This document shows, piece after piece, positions 1 to 6,692 of a stretch of DNA of 6,916 bases (position 1 is the stretch's first letter; each line of letters begins with the position of its first letter). Under the pieces are notes generated by a model. It was given only the letters and a program-made list of their open reading frames with translations. It did no database searches and was not told where the DNA came from. This DNA is from Oopsacas minuta. Lineage: Eukaryota; Animalia; Porifera. The stretch lies in the NCBI GenBank assembly GCA_024704765.1, contig JAKMXF010000109.1, forward strand, positions 20,932 to 27,847, written 5' to 3'. The translations under genes and the position numbers were made by a program.

Positions 1-2
1 CC

Positions 3-101
3 CCTGAAAAATTCTTCACTACAGGAATAAATAAACTCCCATCAAAATGGAAGAAATGTATCGAGGTTAAGGGTGAATTTATTGAAAACTATGAACAATA
101 A
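3..101 (+). CDS. mariner transposase, C-terminal 32 aa (partial, runs in from outside the window; not in the ORF track)
   Basis: Hand translation of frame 3 ends at TAA 99-101; contains GINKLPSKWKKCIEVKGEFIE. Whether the upstream frame is intact cannot be seen. Confidence 0.8.
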   Translation, partial: PEKFFTTGINKLPSKWKKCIEVKGEFIENYEQ

Positions 102-140
102 TTAGTTGAGTATGATCATTGATAAATAAAATATATTTGC

Positions 141-168
141 AATTCCGCGAACTTTTTGGACAACCTGG
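141..168. repeat. mariner right terminal inverted repeat (28 bp)
   Basis: 26/28 identity to the reverse complement of 6695-6722; TA on the outer side. Confidence 0.9.
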
Positions 169-175
169 TAGAACA

Positions 176-1711
176 ATGGAATTGCAACAGTTTACATGGA
201 TTTTAGAAGAAGTAAAGTTCCTTACTTTACTGGCACTACCAACCTCAATAATGTGCCTAACAGAAGGATTCCAAATGAAATTGAGTAATGTATTTGTCGG
301 GAGGGCGTCAGGTGAGGATGTTTCCACGGAATTGAGCGCTCTCTTCATTGGTCAGATGGTCATTTCATGTTCTGCTTATTCCCTCTCAGAAGGTTTGTCA
401 GTTTGTGTGAGTATTCTCTGTTCTCAAGCTCATGGGGCTAATCAACATAGGCTAGTAGTACTGTATTACTATAGAGTTTTAATGCTACTGATTCTACTTT
501 GTTTCCCTCTCTTTTCACTGTATGTCAGTGTTGGTCCTATTGTCTATCTTATCACTCAAAATTGGGAATTATCAGTTGGTGCTGGAAACTACACCAACCT
601 GTTCTGTTTCGGATTCCCTGCTTATGCTTATTACAAGATATCTGTTTGTTTTCTTCAATCACAAAATACTGTTTGGATTCCTTTATTATATCTTCTAGTT
701 GGGAATTTATTCAATGGCATTCTCCAGTACATTTTCATATTCAATTATAATCTTGGGATTGCTGGTTCAGCAGCAGCTTACGTTGTCAGTAACTACATCA
801 TTGCTCTACTCATATTCGCACATCTTAAATTATCTTCCCAAATCCTTTCACATGCAGAGTTCACCATTGATTTGATCAAGGACTGGTATCACACTGCCAA
901 ATATGCATTTCCAGCTATCATGCAGATTATCATAATTATGGCAGTCTCAAATATATTCCCGATTATTATTTTGCTCTTGATTTCACATGACAAAAATCAG
1001 TTGGCGATTTACTCAATAATGTATTCAGTATGGTTTCTGTTCATGTTGTTTACCATGGGTTATGAAAGAGCTCTAACAATCCGTGTTGGTCATCTGTTGG
1101 GTGCAAACACTGTCACCAAAGCCAAGAAATCTGCTATTTTTGGAATGGCATTTGCTGAAACTATCGTATTTTCTCTTAGTGTACTAGCAATGCTGTTTCA
1201 TCGGACATTAAGTGTTCTGTTCACGACAGATGATAGCTTCATAAAAGAACTACATTTAGACTTACTATTACAACCAATTATTATCCTTAGCGACATCATT
1301 GTATTAGGACAGGGAGTCATGAATGCATGTGGTATGCAACAAATATTTGCCGTTATGAAGTTTTTCTTTCTATTTGTGTTAGGGTTTATTGCAGAAGTTT
1401 TCTTGGTTAAGTATTTTGCTCGGAAGGCACTTGCAATGTATTCGATACTTGGTTTGCTTCGTGTCTCATGCTTTGTTACAGCTATGATTCTGCTCTTTAG
1501 CCGTGACTGGAATAAATTTACACTGAAGAAAACAAACAACATACAATTATCAGATAGTTTAGTAGAATTGTTACATGAGAAAAATCCCTCTTCTCAATTT
1601 TTCGAATTTGGGAAGTTTTTGGATTCTAAACTTTTCATTATCACGAGATATGTTATCTGTTTAATTATTGGAGTGTCCATGCTTGTTGTAGCTATGTTAC
1701 AGCTTAGATAA
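176..1711 (+). CDS. MATE-family (SLC47-like) multidrug and toxin extrusion transporter, 511 aa, intronless, divergent
   Basis: Single open frame with many hydrophobic segments and MATE-like motifs: EVKFLTLLALP, LCSQAHGA, IRVGHLLGAN, GVMNACGMQ. A polar linker is followed by a final hydrophobic helix (IITRYVICLIIGVSMLVVAML) resembling the extra C-terminal helix of animal SLC47A. The first in-frame ATG is at 176; the ORF-track TTG start at 119 lies within mariner sequence. Confidence 0.9.
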   Translation: MELQQFTWILEEVKFLTLLALPTSIMCLTEGFQMKLSNVFVGRASGEDVSTELSALFIGQMVISCSAYSLSEGLSVCVSILCSQAHGANQHRLVVLYYYRVLMLLILLCFPLFSLYVSVGPIVYLITQNWELSVGAGNYTNLFCFGFPAYAYYKISVCFLQSQNTVWIPLLYLLVGNLFNGILQYIFIFNYNLGIAGSAAAYVVSNYIIALLIFAHLKLSSQILSHAEFTIDLIKDWYHTAKYAFPAIMQIIIIMAVSNIFPIIILLLISHDKNQLAIYSIMYSVWFLFMLFTMGYERALTIRVGHLLGANTVTKAKKSAIFGMAFAETIVFSLSVLAMLFHRTLSVLFTTDDSFIKELHLDLLLQPIIILSDIIVLGQGVMNACGMQQIFAVMKFFFLFVLGFIAEVFLVKYFARKALAMYSILGLLRVSCFVTAMILLFSRDWNKFTLKKTNNIQLSDSLVELLHEKNPSSQFFEFGKFLDSKLFIITRYVICLIIGVSMLVVAMLQLR

Positions 1712-2476
1712 TTGTTCGGATAGCTAGTAATTACTGTTACTCCTTAATATCATTTATCTGGTCCCTCCTTTATGCATATATATTTTCTACTTATCATATC
1801 AACCTCATTATCCATCTCTCAATTAAGTACAACTAAATATACAAAATTTCTAAATATTTTATTGGTTCTTTTTTAGTTTTATATAAATACTGAGTTAATT
1901 AGAGGATTACACGCTGTAACCTATTTTCTAGATAATGACAAGGGAGTTGGGATAAATGAAACGAATACAGAGAGGTTGGACAGTAATAAATTCAGAGAGA
2001 TATTTTAAATTGGTAACAAATAGAGCAAATCGGGATAATAAAGTTCCTACGGTACTTGCTTCGGAGTCAGGTTGAAATAAATAAATCGGGGAATCCGACA
2101 AAGTCGGGAGGGTTGAACAGTATATACTTGTTCCTCATCCCGTCCGTTCCAAATTGTATCCCCTCCGGAAATTTTATATATATATTGATGAATTTATGGA
2201 GAATTCGTTGGATCATAGACTACATATTACTACTGTATAGTTGAAAAGTATATGGCCAGAGAGAATGCATTGGGAAAATCGAAATTTCAAAAATATTTTG
2301 TATAATATTTGGCCTATAAAAACAACAATGAAATACAATCCGATGTCCTAAACTGGTAGATAAAGACCAAAAATGCCTGTTCACTCAGACAAATTGCTAT
2401 ATTTAAGGCGTTCAATTATTTCCAGGAATGAGTCAATATTTCGATCTCTTGTAAGCATACTAAACGATTCTCTGTT

Positions 2477-2813
2477 CTGGGTTGGATTCAGTTAACCAGT
2501 TAACCGGTTAACCGAAAAGTGTAATTTTCACCAATATGTTCAGCGTGCTTAGGGTTTTGAGAAGTACGAAATAATATATACACGAATTCTGCTAGTTGCT
2601 TATGAGATGTTATATTTTAGGTCCGTATTTTCAATTTTCAATGGTTTTGAAAGATACGATCGCATATATAATAGCTATGTATTGATAATTTCAATATAAG
2701 TCTAAAACATCATTGATTGCATTAAAGAATAATTGCAGCTGTTCACCGGTTAACCGCTATTATCAATAAGTTTTTAACCACCGCCTTAATTCGGTTAACC
2801 AACCCCAGCCCTG
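2477..2813. mobile_element. hAT-like MITE (~337 bp) with GTTAACC subterminal motifs
   Basis: Left end CTGGGTTGGATTCAGTTAACC vs reverse complement of right end CAGGGCTGGGGTTGGTTAACC (15/21). GTTAACC occurs three times in tandem at 2491-2514 and again at 2749-2755 and 2794-2800. Flanks CTCTGTT (2470-2476) and CTTTGTT (2814-2820) resemble a decayed target-site duplication. hAT assignment is inference from the CAGGG start. Confidence 0.55.
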
Positions 2814-2983
2814 CTTTGTTTATGAAATATATGCACTACATTGTATACTGAGTCATAATTATATTGCAAATACAACTATATTAGCTTGTAATTTGCGACA
2901 CTTGACCACTTGCAAAATATAGCTTCTAAATTGGATGATATTCGTTCAACGAGTATACATCAAGTATTGAACATTACTAGGGA

Positions 2984-3030
2984 CCATCGGGCCATCGAGC
3001 TAAAAAGATTTCAGCTCGATGGCCCGATGG
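2984..3030. repeat. perfect 18-bp inverted repeat (hairpin) with 11-nt spacer
   Basis: CCATCGGGCCATCGAGCT (2984-3001) and AGCTCGATGGCCCGATGG (3013-3030) are exact reverse complements. Confidence 0.95.
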
Positions 3031-3384
3031 GTGCCTCATAAACTCTCAAAAAATAACATGCAGGATAGTTTGAGAATCGCGAAGGAAACACTAAAGAATT
3101 TGAATCCGTTGACTCTCGACGCTTGATGGAGATAGTAACTAGGGATGAAACTTGGATTCACTTTTATGAACCGCTTCGTAAAGCTCAAAATAAATGTTGG
3201 ACTAGAAAAGATGATAATGATGGAGTCTGTTTACCCCCATTGAAAAATCGAGGCCCGATAGGTTAGGAAAGAAGATAATATACTATATTTTCTTTGACGG
3301 AATGGAGAACGTAACTCAAATAATTGTCCCTCATGGGTAGACAGTAACTGGCAAATTTACGCGACTTAATGTTTATCTGAGGTT
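3002..3384 (+). pseudogene. decayed internal fragment of a mariner transposase (linker and start of the DD34D catalytic domain)
   Basis: Across frameshifts it reads KKISARW-[8-nt insert]-VPHKLS (mariner WVPHEL motif), then DSRRLMEIVTRDETWIHFYEPLRKAQNKCW (TGDETW motif, first catalytic Asp at 3144-3146), then KKIIYYIFFDG..VTQIIVPHG*TVTGKF. It has several frameshifts and an in-frame stop, and no TIRs are visible. Confidence 0.9.
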
Positions 3385-3402
3385 AGGCTTAGGTCAAAAC
3401 AC

Positions 3403-3425
3403 GTATTTGTATTTGTATTTGTATT
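3403..3425. repeat. (GTATTT)n hexanucleotide microsatellite, ~4 units
   Basis: GTATTTGTATTTGTATTTGTATT read directly. Confidence 0.8.
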
Positions 3426-3573
3426 AGAAACATATGTTAATATATGTTGTATTTGAGATATATTTGCCTATACACCTATTTTGATATTATATCAAATAAC
3501 TTATATATTTATCTATGGAAACCCACTTGTCAAGTATTCAAGTAATTCTACCATGTTCCACAGTCTACCAAGG

Positions 3574-3588
3574 CTGGCTACGCCACTG
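3574..3588 (-). mobile_element. possible solo hAT-type terminal motif
   Basis: Minus strand reads CAGTGGCGTAGCCAG, resembling hAT-family TIR starts. No partner end or TSD found. Confidence 0.3.
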
Positions 3589-3706
3589 CTCCAGAGTCTA
3601 TTCCTTCAGAAAATTCCAAAGTTTCTCCATCTTAATGCGCCAAGTAATGTTTATACTTCATAAGAATTTGGACGCAAAGGATCATAAAATTAATATAACG
3701 AATTGC

Positions 3707-3724
3707 TATTTGTATTTGTATTTG
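3707..3724. repeat. (TATTTG)3 microsatellite
   Basis: TATTTGTATTTGTATTTG read directly. Confidence 0.75.
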
Positions 3725-4089
3725 CTCTGAAATTTTAAGGCGACCGTATATGTATCCGTATTTGAGAGAGCTGTTGCTTAATTGCATAATTGTATCTGCA
3801 TTTGATTAAAAAGAAACGTATTTGGCCCAAACCTGTCTGAGGTGGAAAAATGTACAAGAACACACGGCTTTCACGTACTTGTAAGTGGATGTGTTGACTC
3901 CATGATAATTCCGGGGTCTTTGAAATGTAAGATGTAATATTTAACATTTTACAAAGCATCAAAGAATGACATTTTACCAAATAAATGCTTGCTAGACACA
4001 TTGTGACACATTCCTGAGATATTTTGGCATAACATGGTTGATAATTTGTCCTTCTGTAAACATGCAATACATTTATTCTGGCAAAAAAT

Positions 4090-4122
4090 GAGCCGTTTTT
4101 GAAATATCATAGTCACCCTGTA
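4090..4122 (-). mobile_element. possible solo Tc1/mariner-type terminus
   Basis: Minus strand reads TA-CAGGGTGACTATGATATTTC; TACAGGGTG is a common Tc1/mariner end. No partner TIR found. Confidence 0.3.
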
Positions 4123-4199
4123 TATTAGTCGGTTTGGCCACATATCCATGGTTCATTTAACTGAATTTTTACTTCCTTAATAAACACGATAAATACATA

Positions 4200-4266
4200 G
4201 TTAACCGAATACTGATAATATTCGGTTTGGACCAACCGAATATTGAACTATTCGGCTACAACCTTG
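4200..4266 (-). mobile_element. end of a hAT-like MITE with CCGAATA subterminal motifs
   Basis: CCGAATA or its complement TATTCGG occurs four times in 4205-4255, including an 11-bp hairpin AATATTCGGTT/AACCGAATATT (4217-4227/4234-4244). It ends ...GGCTACAACCTTG at 4266, and a related inverted copy lies at 4359-4383. Confidence 0.45.
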
Positions 4267-4433
4267 AAAAATCCTAATTTGCATTTGTTTAAGGTCAAAG
4301 CCTATTTCTACTGTATTAAGAACATGTATCAATTGGCTATTATATGATAATACTATTTCAAGGTTGCAACAGAATAGTTAAATCATATATGCCATGGTTA
4401 AGCATTCGGTTAGGGTGTCATCTCATAATTAGT

Positions 4434-4469
4434 CCTGGACCAGTTTTGGCTAGGTAAAACTGGTCCAGG
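4434..4469. repeat. perfect 14-bp inverted repeat with 8-nt loop
   Basis: CCTGGACCAGTTTT (4434-4447) / AAAACTGGTCCAGG (4456-4469). Confidence 0.85.
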
Positions 4470-4905
4470 GGATCAATTTGTGCTGTCATTTATCTCCACT
4501 ATTTACGCGAGGATTTGAGGATATGACTTAGTTTCCGAATTTGCTAATGAACCTGGCGTTAACTTGCCAGTATAATTTTCCATGTTCTGGAGTTCTTCAT
4601 AAATATATTTGATGAATTCACTATACATCCTAAAGATTTCTAGGCCGGAGCAATTTTTTCCTAACAAGACTGCTATCAATGAATACTGACTGATATTCAG
4701 TTCAATCGGTTTCCACCTTGTAAAGTATATTGTGACAGAATATTTGTACTTTATTCCAGAAAGGTTTTGTTTATTAGTTTATGTGCGCCGCTCTCATATT
4801 CTCCTCGACGAGATCAGTGGCACACCGACTGAGGGTTCCAAGGAGTCCCTGCAGCCCCCTGGCAATATACTACCTGTATATTGATACGGTGTCAGAGGGG
4901 CAGTG

Positions 4906-5040
4906 GTCCCCCGGGTGAGCTGTCCCCCCGGACTTGTGGCACTAGGGTGATATGTCCCCCGGACCTCTGGCACTAGGGTCAGTAGTCCTCCTTGTGGGTC
5001 AGAAGTCCCCTTCCGGCACTAGGGTTAGTAGTCCTCGGGT
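4906..5040. repeat. GC-rich degenerate tandem array of GTCC...GGGT units
   Basis: Six units start with GTCC at 4906, 4922, 4954, 4985, 5005 and 5031. GGCACTAGGGT is present exactly at 4938-4948, 4969-4979 and 5015-5025. Confidence 0.75.
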
Positions 5041-5173
5041 TGTATGTAGAAAATACCAAATTAGTAAATACAAGTGATACTTTATTGGGAGTACTTATAT
5101 AAAGCTGAGCTATAGTAGAGCACAGTTTTTTGTCTAATAGAAAATCAGAAAACCGGAAGGTGTTAGTCAAAGN

Positions 5174-5560
5174 AGCGCCGTTATTACCCTTCTTAGCGAT
5201 GGTTTGTGGACACCCGAGATTGATATCAACACCATCACATCGGTCCTCAACCAGACGTGCAGCCTCCAATAAAATTACAGGATCATTAGCACAAAATTGT
5301 ACAATTAATGGTCTGTCTTTGGGAACTGTTGTGAAATTTTTTGTGCGGTAATTCTTATCTTTTAAGAACATTCCTGAGTGTAACATGGGAGTGAAGCAAA
5401 GTTGGGCGCCAAAATTACGACAAAGCATACGAAATGGAAGTTCAGATTGATCAACCATTGGTGCTAGTATGAATTTAGGCGAATTAAGTGTTTTTTGGTA
5501 GAATTCGTAAGCTGAGTTTATTGTTGTTGTTGTTATTGTTGTTGTTTGTTTGCTTGCCAT
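5174..5560 (-). CDS. DUS1L: tRNA-dihydrouridine synthase DUS1/DUS1L, N-terminal ~129 codons only (partial)
   Basis: Motifs [33 protein letters not shown] and [18 protein letters not shown] (catalytic Cys motif) are characteristic of eukaryotic Dus1. ATG at 5560 (MASKQ...). Similarity ends at GNNGA next to the N at 5173; a GT donor at 5187 could instead end the exon at 5188. Confidence 0.9.
5519..5547. repeat. (TTG)n triplet microsatellite encoding a poly-Thr tract near the DUS1L N-terminus
   Basis: TTGTTGTTG run on the plus strand; the minus strand encodes TTTITTTTI. Confidence 0.8.
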
Positions 5561-5591
5561 AATTTCTATAATTAATAACAAATAAACAGAT

Positions 5592-5682
5592 TACAGTAGA
5601 CTCTGCTTAATAGAGCTACCAATCAATCGGGTCACAATGGTCTCTGATACCAATTAAACCCTATTAACCAGTGTCTAATTTA
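5592..5682. mobile_element. small pogo/Tigger-like MITE (87 bp plus TA flanks)
   Basis: TA-CAGTAGACTCTGCTTAATAG (5594-5613) and CTATTAACCAGTGTCTAATT-TA (5661-5680) are inverted repeats at 16/20, with TA outside both ends. The CAGTAGA start is typical of pogo/Tigger-type TIRs. Confidence 0.55.
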
Positions 5683-5807
5683 TTTCAAAGATTGTATAAC
5701 TTTAATTCAATTTTAGGAAATTGGTATCGCTGTTTTTACGTGACTTTGTTTCTATGTTAACCTTTCTAAAACTTTGTTGCATGACCACCCCAAACAGCTT
5801 TACATCA

Positions 5808-5844
5808 CCCCGGGGGGCTCTACTGCCCACTTTGAGAAGCACTG
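5808..5844 (-). mobile_element. solo hAT-Charlie-type terminus
   Basis: Minus strand reads CAGTGCTTCTCAAAGTGGGCAGTAGAGCCCCCCGGGG, matching Charlie-type CAGTG.TTCTCAAA.T ends. The outer flank ATATAGAT resembles the NTCTAGAN target preference. No partner end found. Confidence 0.5.
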
Positions 5845-6692
5845 ATATAGATTGAGGTTATATTCAATGTAATCAAAAGTTTAGCCTAAAATTATTTTGA
5901 TGAACTGTACTTTTTGGTAATCAATTTTTGATGACTTTAGAAATACCGAATCAATTTTGATGATTATTTCGTTATATAATTAGATATTTATCCCCAAAAT
6001 AGTACAAATTTTGCTAAATAATGCACAATTTTGTTAACCAAATGTCAATATCTACCTGTGTCTGTTGATCGTTTGTAATAATAAATCTAAATAATTTTCT
6101 CATTCAAATATGATACTTTGCGAGTCTTAGTTTACTAAAACAAGCTAAAAATTTCCGAATATCTTTAGCGGCAATGGATAAGATATATTTGCGGATTGAT
6201 ATTATAGAAAGCAAGTGAAGGAAGGTGAATCGTGAATACAAATTTTTGATGGAAAAATTTGGGCTAAAATTTGATGACCTCCTCTTTTGATGCATCAAAG
6301 ATTGATGAACCCTTCGGATGTCATCAACAAAATATAAGCTCATTATTTTCCCCTCATTTATGACAATAAGAGCCAGAATTTTCCGATATATTCCCTGGAT
6401 TTAGCAATTTTTTCCCTAGATCATAGGTCAAATCTCTGGATGGTTGGCAAGTATGAATGAAGAAGTTTGCAGGAGGTAATTAATATAGCTCTACTAACAA
6501 TTGCTCGCCCATCTGATCCCAATATTGCCAGTCACAATGCATAGCTTGAAGTGATTCTATTAACTGGAGTAATATAGTGAATTACCAATGCGGTATCTTA
6601 TTTGCTAACAAATACCCACTATCCAAAATGTTATTGTCTGATAAAATATTATGATTATAAAATGTCTGCTTGTATTCACATATAATCAAAAT

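Larger units (their letters stand above)
1..170 (+). mobile_element. 3' end of a mariner (Tc1/mariner) element: transposase C-terminus, short 3' UTR, right TIR and TA target dinucleotide
   Basis: Frame 3-101 reads PEKFFTTGINKLPSKWKKCIEVKGEFIENYEQ*, matching the mariner C-terminal pattern (FF..GI.KLP.RW.KC....G.Y.E*). 141-168 AATTCCGCGAACTTTTTGGACAACCTGG is the reverse complement of 6695-6722 at 26/28 positions and is followed by TA (169-170). Confidence 0.9.

Noticed and set aside
119-175. TTG-initiated N-terminal extension of the MATE ORF given in the ORF track
   Set aside because: It lies almost entirely in mariner 3' UTR and TIR sequence; the first ATG is at 176 and MATE similarity begins after it.
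79-1542. Short ORFs 79-348 (-), 499-750 (+) and 1198-1542 (-)
   Set aside because: They are antisense or alternative-frame shadows of the MATE gene with no recognisable motifs.
2111-2123. GGTTGAACAGTAT resembling GGTTGGCAAGTATG at 6442-6455 (possible related element ends)
   Set aside because: The match is short and partial, both are in the same orientation, and no partner ends or TSDs were found.
2400-2430. TATTTAAGGCGTTCAATTATTTCC as a possible mariner TIR for the 3002-3384 relic
   Set aside because: Only a vague resemblance, with no inverted partner in the window.
2976-3030. Helitron 3' end (minus-strand hairpin followed by CTAG then T)
   Set aside because: The hairpin is only 3 nt from CTAG, closer than usual for Helitrons, and one arm is explained by mariner coding sequence. 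No 5' TC end was identified.
2984-3030. Rho-independent terminator reading of the hairpins (also 4434-4469)
   Set aside because: The context is eukaryotic and there is no U-tract after the stems.
3481-4149. ORFs 3481-3663, 3515-3730, 3735-4067 and 3949-4149
   Set aside because: Short, mutually overlapping and without recognisable domains. The Cys spacing does not match the DUS1L C-terminal region as I know it.
4906-5040. CRISPR-like array
   Set aside because: Only three 11-nt exact repeats, irregular short spacers that resemble each other, no cas genes and a eukaryotic context.
4979-5172. C-terminal part of the 200-aa ORF as real DUS1L sequence
   Set aside because: No Dus motifs after the N, and it runs into the GC-rich repeat array.
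6104-6343. 79-aa minus-strand ORF and the 14-bp palindrome TTTGATGCATCAAA within it
   Set aside because: No protein similarity is recognisable, and a short AT-rich palindrome is expected by chance.
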